From: Frankiaceae bacterium
GTDB taxonomy: Bacteria > Actinomycetota > Actinomycetes > JAWWOL01
Reading direction: 5' to 3'
DNA length: 64,000 bases
Assembly (NCBI GenBank): GCA_045807125.1
Contig: JBJMHZ010000043.1
Location: 14,357-78,356 of the forward strand
The position numbers and the translations under genes are program-made. The notes under the pieces were generated by a model, which did no database searches, was not told the origin of the DNA, and worked only from the letters and a program-made list of their open reading frames with translations. Every line of letters starts with the position of its first letter. Position 1 is the stretch's first letter. This document shows positions 6,432-15,177 of the stretch, one piece after another.

Positions 6432-9316
6432 GCGCCGGCCGCCTTGCCCGCGCCGAAGAAGCGGTCGACGACCCGCTCGGCGGCGTGCCCGTCGTCGTAC
6501 TCGGCGAAGCGCTTGACGAAGCGGGCGTAGCGGTCGGCGTAGCTAGCGGTCCACCCGTCGCTGTCGCGGACGGCGTCGATCAGCTCGTCGGAGGTGGTCA
6601 CCAGGGGCCCCGGCGCGACGTCGGCGAGGTCGACGTAGGTGCCGCGGGTGGCACCCACGTAGTCGTCGTAGTCGTAGGTGAAGAAGACCATCGGCCGGCG
6701 GGTCACCGCGAAGTCGAACATCACCGACGAGTAGTCGGTCACCAGCAGGTCGGCGACGGCGAGCAGCTCGCTGACGTCGTGCACCGACGACGCGTTGCGC
6801 ACGCAGGCGCCGTAGCGGGGTGGCACCGCGTAGCGGTCGAGGTAGTGCGGGCGGACGAGCAGCAGGTGGGTGTCGCCGAGCTCGGCTGCGAACCGGTCGA
6901 GGTCGATCGGCATCTGGAAGCGCCGCCTGCCGCCGGACGCGCCCTCGCGGAACGTCGGCGCGTACAGCACGATGCGCCGGTCGGTGGGCAGGCCGAGGGC
7001 GGCCAGCCGCTCGCCGCGCCCCCCCGGCGCCGCGGCGGTCACCAGCACGTCGTTGCGTGGATAGCCGTAGCGCAGCGGCTCGGCCCGCGCGCGGAAGGCC
7101 GGCAGCAGCGTCTCGACGTCATGCTCGCAGCGGACGAGGAAGTAGTCCCAGCGGTCGGCCTGGCGCTGAAGGGCGTCAAGCTCGTCCTTGGACGACCGCT
7201 TCACGCTAGGGACGTCGAACCCCATCACCTTGAGCGCGGTGCCGTGCCACGTCTGGACGTAGGTCTGCTCGGGGCGCTTCACCACCATCGGCGGGAGCCC
7301 GGCGTTGTCGACCCAGTGCTCGGCCGTTGCGAGCGCGACGAGGTAGCGCCAGCTGTAGCGGCGCACGAGAGTGGCGTCGGCGGGGAAGCCCTGCGGGCTG
7401 CCGGCGTAGCCCCAGATGCACTCGTACGGCAGGCCCCTGGCCCGGATCTCCTCGTAGATGCGCCGTGGGCTGTCGCTGTACTGCTTGCCGAGGTGCGACT
7501 CGAAGACGATGCGGCCGCGCCTGATCGGCAGCCGCACGAGCGCTCGCTCGTAGACGGCGCGCTTGACGTGCGGATCGTTCGGCAGCTTGCGGGCGGCCTC
7601 GGCGAGCCGGACGGCGAGCTGACGGGCCTTGGTCCCGCGCTCGGTCGCGAGGACCGTCCCGGTGGCCCGGCGCGCCGAGCGCGCGGCCGGGTTGCCGGCG
7701 GTGAGCTTGAAGGCGAGGTTGCCGTTGGTCGTCACGTACGTCTCGAGCAGGTCACCGCCGAGGGCGCCGGTGAGCGTGCGGATCGGGACGGTCAGCCCGG
7801 CGTGCCGCTCGCGGTCGGCGGTGAGCGTCGACACGTTGCGGTCGGCGCCGACCGTGATGCGCATGACGACGTCCCACACCGAGTTGCGCAGGCCGCTCGA
7901 GCGCACCACGTCGTTCATGCGCACGCGGGCCCGCCACCGGATGGTGTCGCCGTCGTGCGCGACCAGCTCGGCGGGCACGAACGCCCGCTGCTTGCCGCGC
8001 TGGCGCCGGTTCTTGAAGCCCAGCTCGAGGCGGAAGCCATCGCGGGGAATGCGGTCGAGCTGGTTGAGGATCTCGCCCTCGAGGAGCAGTGCCTCGCCGT
8101 CGGCCTCGACTCTCGTGAGCCGATCGTAGAGGTGCAGCTTCTGCAGCGGGGCGGAGTGCAGGCCGAGCTCGGTCACGTCGAGGTAGCGGCGGCCCTCCTC
8201 GGTGTCGAGGTAGCGGTCGGTCCAGTAGACCCGGCCGTCGCGGAGCACCAGCCGGGTCGAGAGCTTCTCGGACCGGTTGAGGTAGTCGACCGCTGACAGC
8301 ACGCCGGCGAGATCGCGCTGCCGGGTCATGAACGCCGCGATCGCCAGCACCGGGCTGATCTCGTCGAGGATCGTCGGGTCGATCGTGTCGAGGTAGTCCC
8401 CGGCGAGGCGCAGGAAGTCCTGCTGGTACGCGGCGTTGCGGTCCGGCAGCTCGTTCAGGTAGAGCCGGAGGTCGTGCCGGAGGAAGCGGGAGTCCTTCAC
8501 CCGCCTGATGTCCGGCGTGCCGCCCTCGTCGAGCAGCTCGTCGATCAGCCGGTGGACGCGGATGCGGTCGGAGAAGTTCTTGAACTCGTGGCGCCGGTTG
8601 GTGATGGACAGCGTCGGCGCCTTGGTGGTGACGTACCACCGGTAGACGATGTGCGGGATGACCGCGATGCCGTGGGCGGCGAGGTTTGCGCGGGTGGTGA
8701 AGACGCTGTCCTCGTACAGCACGCCCTCGGGGAACCGGATGTCGTTGTCGAGCAGGAACTGCCGCCGGTAGCAGCGGCTCGTCGAGAGCATGTCGTCGAA
8801 CAGCTCCGGGTAGTCGCGGATCGACGCGTAGACGCCGGAGCGCTGATAGACGTGCTTGAACCACCGCGTCGTCCTGTGGTGCCGGTCGAGGTGCACGCGG
8901 ACGATCTGCCCGGCCACCATGTCGACGCCGGTGTCCTCGGCAGTGACGAGCATCGTCTTGCACGCATGCCGGTCGAGCTCGTCGTCGCTGTCGAGGAACA
9001 TCACGTAGCGACCGCGGGCGCTCTCGATGCCGACGTTGCGCGGGCGGCTGCACCCGCCGCTGTTCTCCGGCAGCCGGACGATCCGGATGCGCTCGGGGCG
9101 CTCCGCCGCGAGCCGCTGCGCCACCGCCGGCGTGTCGTCGGTGCTCGCGTCGTCGACGATGACGATCTCGAGGTTGCGCAGGGTCTGCGCGAGCACCGAT
9201 CCGACCGCGCGCGGCAGGTTGCGGGCGTCGTTGTAGACGATGACGACGACGCTGACGTCGGGATCATCGGCGTGCTGCGGCACGGGCCTCCTCGGCGGCT
9301 CGCTCGGCTGGCTCAC
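6428..9316 (-). CDS. Bifunctional GT2 glycosyltransferase / CDP-glycerol:glycerophosphate glycerophosphotransferase (TagB/TagF-type) fusion
   Basis: This is a 962-aa product. The N-terminal GT2 signature is VSVVVIVYNDARNLP...IVDDASTDDT...FLDSDD. The C-terminal TagF-type signature is YVQTWHGTALKVMG, LYAPTFRE, LLVRPH and LVTDYSSVMFDF. The GTG start lies 6 nt after the LCP stop. Confidence 0.85.
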   Translation of the reverse strand: MSQPSEPPRRPVPQHADDPDVSVVVIVYNDARNLPRAVGSVLAQTLRNLEIVIVDDASTDDTPAVAQRLAAERPERIRIVRLPENSGGCSRPRNVGIESARGRYVMFLDSDDELDRHACKTMLVTAEDTGVDMVAGQIVRVHLDRHHRTTRWFKHVYQRSGVYASIRDYPELFDDMLSTSRCYRRQFLLDNDIRFPEGVLYEDSVFTTRANLAAHGIAVIPHIVYRWYVTTKAPTLSITNRRHEFKNFSDRIRVHRLIDELLDEGGTPDIRRVKDSRFLRHDLRLYLNELPDRNAAYQQDFLRLAGDYLDTIDPTILDEISPVLAIAAFMTRQRDLAGVLSAVDYLNRSEKLSTRLVLRDGRVYWTDRYLDTEEGRRYLDVTELGLHSAPLQKLHLYDRLTRVEADGEALLLEGEILNQLDRIPRDGFRLELGFKNRRQRGKQRAFVPAELVAHDGDTIRWRARVRMNDVVRSSGLRNSVWDVVMRITVGADRNVSTLTADRERHAGLTVPIRTLTGALGGDLLETYVTTNGNLAFKLTAGNPAARSARRATGTVLATERGTKARQLAVRLAEAARKLPNDPHVKRAVYERALVRLPIRRGRIVFESHLGKQYSDSPRRIYEEIRARGLPYECIWGYAGSPQGFPADATLVRRYSWRYLVALATAEHWVDNAGLPPMVVKRPEQTYVQTWHGTALKVMGFDVPSVKRSSKDELDALQRQADRWDYFLVRCEHDVETLLPAFRARAEPLRYGYPRNDVLVTAAAPGGRGERLAALGLPTDRRIVLYAPTFREGASGGRRRFQMPIDLDRFAAELGDTHLLLVRPHYLDRYAVPPRYGACVRNASSVHDVSELLAVADLLVTDYSSVMFDFAVTRRPMVFFTYDYDDYVGATRGTYVDLADVAPGPLVTTSDELIDAVRDSDGWTASYADRYARFVKRFAEYDDGHAAERVVDRFFGAGKAAGA

Positions 9317-9322
9317 CGTTGC

Positions 9323-10789
9323 CTACGCACAAGGATCGTCGGCTGCGGTGCTGGTCGGTACGGACGGCTTGCTGCTGCCGCTGGTCGGCGCCACGCTGAC
9401 CGCCTGCACGCCGGCGTAGCTGCTGCCCAGCACGACGACGATGCCGCTGCCGCCGCTCGGGTCGGGCTGGAGCGTCGCGTCGGGCAGCGCCGCCTTCACG
9501 GTCTGCGCGGCCGCCACCTGCCCGGTGCCGTACCGGATCACGGTGCGGGCGTAGCCGTGGTTGTCGGCATTGCCTGCGGGGCCGACCCGGAAACCGCCGG
9601 CCTGCAACGCCGCGCTCACCCGCCCCGCGAGGCCACCGGTCGACGTGCCGTTCAGCACCCGCACCGAGACCTGCGAGGGCGGCACGGTGGGGCGGTGGAC
9701 CTTGAACGTGGCGGCGTTGATCGGCCGATCGTGGTTGACGGCGCCGAACAGGCCGCTCGCCAGCCCGCTGTCCCACAGCACGGTGGAGCCGACCCCGCCC
9801 GGCCGGTAGTCGGTGTCGGCGAGCGGGACGGTCGTGAAGGTGACGTGCTTGGGGTCGAGGTGGCGCATCGTCAGCGCGAGCGTGCGCAGGTCGCCGACGC
9901 TGAGCTCGCGGTCGACGTGGACGGCGGCAAGCGCGGCGTTGAGGAAGTTGTCGAGCTTGCCGGGGTCGAGCAGGATACCGAGGCTCAGCGCCTTGCGCAG
10001 CATCGCGCCGAGGAACTGCTGCTGGCGCTTGATGCGGCCGAGGTCGCTGCCGTCGCCGAGGGTGTACCTGGCCCGGACGAACGCGAGGCCCTGCACGCCG
10101 CCGACGTGGCTGTGCCCGGCCTTCAGGTGCAGGCCGCTCTTGGGATCGTTGGCCGGCTTCGCCAGGCAGACGTCGACGCCGCCGAGCGCGTCGACCATCT
10201 TGGCGAAGCCCAGCACGTTGATCTCGACGTAGTGGTCGATGCGGATGCCGGTGGCGCGCTCCACCGTCGCGATGGTGAGCCGCGGGCCGCCGTACGAGTA
10301 CGCCGCGTTGAGCTTGTTGTGCAGCGCCGGGTGCCGCCGGCCCTGCGCGTCGGTGTAGGCCGGGATCTGCACGTAGGAGTCGCGGGGCAGGCTGATGAGC
10401 ACCGCGCGGTTCCGCTGCTTCGAGACGTGCAGGATGATCATCGTGTCGGAGCGCCGGCCGGCGTCGTGCCCGAGGTGGTACTTGCGCTGGTCGGCCTTGC
10501 TGAGCTGGTCGCGGTTGTCCGAGCCGACCAGGAGGAAGTTCTCCGAGCCGGCGGCGCTCTGAGCCGGGCGGTCGGTGCCGGAGGGAAAGACGTTGTCGAT
10601 CCGGCGCAGCTTGCCGGCGTAGTGCTGGAACCCGAGGTAGGCCGTCCCGCTCAGCACGACGACGACGACCGAGAGCGCGGCGGCGAGCGCCTGGAGCGGG
10701 CGCACCCACGGCGGTCGCGTGGCCGGTGCCGGTTGCGGAGCCGTCGCCGGTGCCGCGGCACGCCGGCCGGTGCCGCTCTGGTGGGCCAT
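9323..10789 (-). CDS. LytR-CpsA-Psr (LCP) family glycopolymer-peptidoglycan ligase with a LytR_C-like C-terminal domain
   Basis: It has an N-terminal TM anchor (LAAALSVVVVVLSGTAYLGF). The LCP core motifs are FLLVGSDNR, RSDTMIILHV, ISLPRDSYV and GGVDVC. The C-terminal segment is VRVLNGTSTGGLAGRV... Confidence 0.85.
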   Translation of the reverse strand: MAHQSGTGRRAAAPATAPQPAPATRPPWVRPLQALAAALSVVVVVLSGTAYLGFQHYAGKLRRIDNVFPSGTDRPAQSAAGSENFLLVGSDNRDQLSKADQRKYHLGHDAGRRSDTMIILHVSKQRNRAVLISLPRDSYVQIPAYTDAQGRRHPALHNKLNAAYSYGGPRLTIATVERATGIRIDHYVEINVLGFAKMVDALGGVDVCLAKPANDPKSGLHLKAGHSHVGGVQGLAFVRARYTLGDGSDLGRIKRQQQFLGAMLRKALSLGILLDPGKLDNFLNAALAAVHVDRELSVGDLRTLALTMRHLDPKHVTFTTVPLADTDYRPGGVGSTVLWDSGLASGLFGAVNHDRPINAATFKVHRPTVPPSQVSVRVLNGTSTGGLAGRVSAALQAGGFRVGPAGNADNHGYARTVIRYGTGQVAAAQTVKAALPDATLQPDPSGGSGIVVVLGSSYAGVQAVSVAPTSGSSKPSVPTSTAADDPCA

Positions 10790-10867
10790 CCGTTGAGTCT
10801 ATCGTGGGTGTGACCTGCGACCGGCTCGTCGAGCGCCGCCCCGACGTGTCGCCGCCCGGCGAGAGAG

Positions 10868-11950
10868 GTGCACTGCGTGGCCGAGACGACCGCCGGCGGG
10901 CGGGAAGGCCCGTGGCCGCCGGTGTCGGTGATCATGTGCGTGCGCAACGAGCGCCGGCACCTGGCCGCGTCCGTCGCCGCGATCCTGGGGCAGGACTACC
11001 CGGCTCCTCTCGAGGTGGTCATCGCGGTCGGGCCGTCGAGCGACCGCACCGGCGACATCGCGGCCGAGCTGGCGCGCGCCGACTCCCGGGTGCGGGTGGT
11101 GGCCAGCCCGACCGGTCGCACTCCCAACGGGCTCAACCTCGCGCTGTCCGCCACCAGGCACGGGACCGTCGCGCGCGTCGACGGTCACGCGATGCTGCCC
11201 CCGGGATACCTGAAGCGAGCGGTGCAGGTGCTGCTGGAGACCGGCGCCGGCAACGTCGGCGGGGTCATGGCCGCCGAGGGCGAGACGCCGTTCGAGCAGG
11301 CCGTCGCGCGCGCGATGACGTCATGGCTCGGCGTGGGCGGTGCGCGGTTCCACACCGGCGGGCAGGCCGGGCCGGTCGACACCGTCTACCTCGGCGTCTT
11401 CCCCCGCGAGCTGCTGACCCGGCTCGGGGGCTACGACGAGCGGTTCACCCGCGCCCAGGACTACGAGCTCAACGTCCGGCTGCGCGAGCTGGGCGCGACG
11501 GTGTGGTTCGATCCGGAGCTGCGCGTGACGTACCGGCCGCGCCCCACCGTGCGGGCCCTCGCCGACCAGTACTTCAACTACGGGCGCTGGCGCTGGATGG
11601 TGACGAGGCAGCACCCCCGCTCGGTGCGCGGCAGGTACCTCGCCCCGCCCGCGGCGCTGCTCGCCTGCATCGCGGGCGCAGTGGTCGCGGCGGTGGGCCA
11701 TCCGGTCGGCCTCGTCGTGCCGGCTGCGTACGTCGCCGGCGTCGCCGCCGGCTCGATCGGCATCGGCCGCGACCTCCCCGGCCCTGCGCTCGTCCGGCTG
11801 GCGCCGGTGCTCGTGACGATGCACATGTCGTGGGCGGCCGGCTTCCTGTCATCGGCGCTGCGCGGCATGTCGCTGCCGCCGGCCCGCCCGCCCCAGCCGG
11901 CGAGCGGGGCGAGCGGGGCGCCGGATCAGTCGTCGGTGGCTTCCTCGTAG
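10868..11950 (+). CDS. Glycosyltransferase family 2 with a C-terminal membrane segment
   Basis: Motifs are VSVIMCVRNERRHLAASVAAILGQDYP...VIAVGPSSDRT and ...RVDGHA. The tail is hydrophobic. The start is GTG 10868 or GTG 10877. The 3' end overlaps the convergent ABC ATPase gene by 25 nt. Confidence 0.8.
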   Translation: MHCVAETTAGGREGPWPPVSVIMCVRNERRHLAASVAAILGQDYPAPLEVVIAVGPSSDRTGDIAAELARADSRVRVVASPTGRTPNGLNLALSATRHGTVARVDGHAMLPPGYLKRAVQVLLETGAGNVGGVMAAEGETPFEQAVARAMTSWLGVGGARFHTGGQAGPVDTVYLGVFPRELLTRLGGYDERFTRAQDYELNVRLRELGATVWFDPELRVTYRPRPTVRALADQYFNYGRWRWMVTRQHPRSVRGRYLAPPAALLACIAGAVVAAVGHPVGLVVPAAYVAGVAAGSIGIGRDLPGPALVRLAPVLVTMHMSWAAGFLSSALRGMSLPPARPPQPASGASGAPDQSSVASS

Positions 11951-12810
11951 GCTCCGACGACCTCGTCGACCGGTCCGTCCATGACGAGCTCGCCGTCCTC
12001 GAGCCAGAGCGCCCGGTTGCACATCTTGAGGATGTCAGCGTTGGAGTGGCTGACGATGAAGACCGTGCCGGCCTCCTTGCGCAGCTGCTCGATGCGCAGC
12101 TCCGACCGCCGCTTGAACTGCCGGTCGCCGGTCGCCAGTGCCTCGTCGATGAGCAGCACGTCGGGCACCGCCGACTGCGCGATCGCGAACCGCAGCCGGG
12201 CTGACATGCCGGACGAGTACGCCTTCATCGGCAGGTTGATGCGGTCGGGGCGGATGCCGGAGAACTTCACGACCGTGTCGTAGCGGCGGCGCATCTCCTC
12301 GGGGCTCATGCCGAGGGCGAGGCAGCCGAGCTCGACGTTGTGCGCGCCCGACAGCGCGGGCACGAGCGCGGCGTTGACGCCGAGCAGCGAGGGCTGCCCC
12401 TTGGCGTAGACCGCGCCCCGCGCGATCGGCATGAGGCCGGCGATGGCCCGCAGCAGCGTGCTCTTGCCCGAGCCGTTGCGGCCGATGACGCCGATCGCCT
12501 CGCCCCGGTAGGTGGTGAAGCTCACGCCGCGGACGGCGTGGATGATCTGCACGCGCCGGCGGGCGAGCAGCCGCTTCAGCCGGCGGTGCTGCTGCCCGTA
12601 CCGGACCCGCCGGTCGCTGTCGGCTGCGAGAACGACGCGGTAGTCGACGTGGAGGTCGTCGACGATGACGGTCGGCTGCGACCGGTCGATGTCGAAGGCA
12701 GCTCCGCCGGCCGTGCGGGGGGCGATCGCCTCGCCGGCCGCACCCGTGCTTCCGGAGCCTTCGGAGCTTCCCGCGCTTCCGGTGCTCCCCTGCTCGCGCA
12801 TCTCAGTCAC
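11926..12810 (-). CDS. Polysaccharide/teichoic-acid export ABC transporter ATP-binding protein (TagH/Wzt-like)
   Basis: It has Walker A GRNGSGKSTLL, the ABC signature YSSGMSARL and Walker B VLLIDEAL. It overlaps the upstream permease stop. Confidence 0.85.
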   Translation of the reverse strand: MTEMREQGSTGSAGSSEGSGSTGAAGEAIAPRTAGGAAFDIDRSQPTVIVDDLHVDYRVVLAADSDRRVRYGQQHRRLKRLLARRRVQIIHAVRGVSFTTYRGEAIGVIGRNGSGKSTLLRAIAGLMPIARGAVYAKGQPSLLGVNAALVPALSGAHNVELGCLALGMSPEEMRRRYDTVVKFSGIRPDRINLPMKAYSSGMSARLRFAIAQSAVPDVLLIDEALATGDRQFKRRSELRIEQLRKEAGTVFIVSHSNADILKMCNRALWLEDGELVMDGPVDEVVGAYEEATDD

Positions 12811-13702
12811 GGCCGTAGGTCTCCTCGGCGTGCCAGAAGAACAGGAAGCCGAGCAGGCACAGGCCGATCGCCCAGCCGGTGCCGAGCAGCCACCAGTGGA
12901 GGGAGGCGAACCGGCCGTCGATGACCGCGTCGCGGGCGATCGTGATGTAGACGTGCGGCGGGTTGAGCTGGAGCAGGTGCAGGATCGCCGGGTGGTGGCG
13001 GATCGTCGCTGTGCGGTTGAGCTCGTAGAAGACGCCCGACAGGTAGAACCAGATGCGGGTGAGGAACGGCAGGAACTGCGCGAAGTCGAGCAGATGCACG
13101 GTGATCCGCGAGACGACGAAGACCGCGCCGACGTTGAAGAGCGTCTGGAGCACCAGCATCGGCACGAGCGCCAACCAGGCGATGCTCGGCGGATGGGCAG
13201 CGAGGCCGATGAAGCAGAGCGCGATGTAGGCCGGGACCGTGGCGAGGGCGTCGACCACCACGGCGGACATCGGCAGGACGGCGCGCGGGAACGGCAGGGC
13301 GCGGATCAGGTTGAGGTTGCTCGTGACCGAGCGGGCGCCGCCGGTGATGCACTGCGAGGTGTAGTTGAAGACGAAGACGCCGGCCGTGATGAAGACGATC
13401 TTCTGCCCGAGGCCGCCGGCGGACGGCGCGACGCCCAGGATGATGCCGAAGATCAGCGTGTAGACGCCGGCCTGGAGCAGCGGGCGCAGCAGGTTCCAGC
13501 CGGCCCCGAGCAGCTCGTCGGTGTTGCTCGCCCGGTAGCGCAGGTAAGACAGCTTGCGCAGGAAGTAGCGGCTCGCCCAGACCCGCTCCAGGTAGGCGCG
13601 CAGCGCCGGGCGGCGCCCCACCGGCTGGAGGCCGACGGCCGCGGCGGTCGCCGCCGCACCGCTCGCGCGGGGCGGTTCGGTGGTGGCTTGCAGGTCGACC
13701 AT
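12803..13702 (-). CDS. ABC-2 permease of the polysaccharide/teichoic-acid exporter (TagG/Wzm-like)
   Basis: It is a six-helix hydrophobic protein (AGVYTLIFGIILG, FITAGVFVFNY, YIALCFIGLAA, LVPMLVLQTLFN, WWLLGTGWAIGLCLLGFLFFW). I chose ATG at 13702. It is coupled to the ATPase gene. Confidence 0.8.
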   Translation of the reverse strand: MVDLQATTEPPRASGAAATAAAVGLQPVGRRPALRAYLERVWASRYFLRKLSYLRYRASNTDELLGAGWNLLRPLLQAGVYTLIFGIILGVAPSAGGLGQKIVFITAGVFVFNYTSQCITGGARSVTSNLNLIRALPFPRAVLPMSAVVVDALATVPAYIALCFIGLAAHPPSIAWLALVPMLVLQTLFNVGAVFVVSRITVHLLDFAQFLPFLTRIWFYLSGVFYELNRTATIRHHPAILHLLQLNPPHVYITIARDAVIDGRFASLHWWLLGTGWAIGLCLLGFLFFWHAEETYGRD

Positions 13703-13874
13703 CAGGTACCGGCGCTCAGCCGGCCGGCCGCGGGCCTCGCGGGAGCGCGGCCGGCGCCCTGCATGGACCGCACGGGCACCGCAATCTCCCCTCGTCCAGC
13801 GCATCTCATCGTACACATCACCTATCCGCCGGCTGCTGCTGCGGCGAGCCGTCGCTGACCGGGCGGTACGGCGC

Positions 13875-15053
13875 TCAGTACGAGTGCCGCCTGGACATGA
13901 TGGCCCGCACCTGGCGCTCGCTGAACGGGGCGTCCAGCCACTCGAACAGCCCGCGCAGGCTCGTCGGGTCGGCGACGTAGTCGTCGTAGTGGACGTGGTA
14001 GGCGGCGTCGCCGAGGAAGGCGGCTGCCTTGCGGACCTTCTCGTCGAGGCGGGTCACCTCGGCCAGCGCATTGGGTCGGTTGGCCCACCATTTGCTGGCG
14101 ACCACGCCGGCCACGTCCCTGGTGTTGACCACGAAGCGGGCACCGGGGAACACCGCGCGCAGGAAGGTCAGGTAGTCGTGCAGATCGGGCACGTCCCAGT
14201 GGATCTCCTTGAAGCCCACCATGCGAGCGGCCGACGTCGGCCTGATGACCGTGTCGAGCACCAGCTGGCGCAGCTGCCGCAGCGCGAGGTCCTCGGGGTA
14301 GCCGTCGATGCCGTACCAGGGGTGGGTCGGGTTGAGCGGCACCTTGCGCGCGAGCCGGTCGCGCTGGACGAGCGCGCCCTTGTGGAACCGGTAGAGCTGG
14401 TAGACGATGCCGCCGTTCTCGCCCCGCACGAGGTAGCCGGGGATGTGCGTGAGGATCCCCTGGAGCAGGGTCGAGCCGGTGCGGCCGTACGTGACGATGA
14501 AGACGTAGCCGAGTCCGGGCTGGTCGCGCTCGGGGCGCCCGAAGCCCAGCGCGCGCAGCCGGTGCAGCTCGGTGACCATCGACTCGAGGCGCTCGTTGGC
14601 GTCGCGCAGGCTGAGCCGCATGACGTCGCGCTGCAGTCGCTGCTCGGCGGCCCGCCGGCCGTACGGGCTGGCCTTGATGGCGCGCTTGACCAGCTGGCGC
14701 ACCGACCCCGCCGGGCTGGCGGCCGGCTCGGGGGCGGTGTCGGTCTCCGGCTCCTCGGTGGCGTCCTGCGCGGGCGAGTCCTGCTCCTGCTCCTCCCCGG
14801 CGGCCTGCTCGGCGGCCACCCGCTCGGCGACGCTCGCCTGGGCGGCTGCGTCGGCCTGATCGGCGTCGACCTGGTCGACCCCGTCGACCCCGTCGGCCAC
14901 CTCGACGCCGCTCGCCCCGCCCGCCCCGTCGTTCACCGGGCGCAGGCTCGGATCGGTCGACTCGTCGGGTTGCAGGGGCTCGTGCGGCGGCGGCGTGGTC
15001 ACATCGCTCCCGGCGGGGGGTCGGGTCGGGCCACGGCGGGGGCTGCGCCGCAT
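13875..15053 (-). CDS. Stf0-like (PAPS-dependent) sulfotransferase family protein with an acidic low-complexity N-terminus
   Basis: The C-terminal half carries a 5'-PSB-like loop, FIVTYGRTGSTLLQGIL. The N-terminal ~150 aa are rich in D/E/A/Q (DGVDGVDQVDADQADAAAQAS...EEQEQDSPAQDATEEPETD), followed by a coiled-coil-like stretch. The start is uncertain (ATG 15053 chosen). The 603-aa ORF version would overlap the divergent gene. Confidence 0.6.
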   Translation of the reverse strand: MRRSPRRGPTRPPAGSDVTTPPPHEPLQPDESTDPSLRPVNDGAGGASGVEVADGVDGVDQVDADQADAAAQASVAERVAAEQAAGEEQEQDSPAQDATEEPETDTAPEPAASPAGSVRQLVKRAIKASPYGRRAAEQRLQRDVMRLSLRDANERLESMVTELHRLRALGFGRPERDQPGLGYVFIVTYGRTGSTLLQGILTHIPGYLVRGENGGIVYQLYRFHKGALVQRDRLARKVPLNPTHPWYGIDGYPEDLALRQLRQLVLDTVIRPTSAARMVGFKEIHWDVPDLHDYLTFLRAVFPGARFVVNTRDVAGVVASKWWANRPNALAEVTRLDEKVRKAAAFLGDAAYHVHYDDYVADPTSLRGLFEWLDAPFSERQVRAIMSRRHSY

Positions 15054-15177
15054 CGCCCTGGGCCTACGTCGAGTGCATGGTAGCCGTCGGGCCCCCGGCG
15101 CGCGCATCCCGCGCGGCGGCGCACGACGGCGGCATACTGGTGCCGCCCAGCGCGCCTTCCCGGCGCGACGGCGCACG

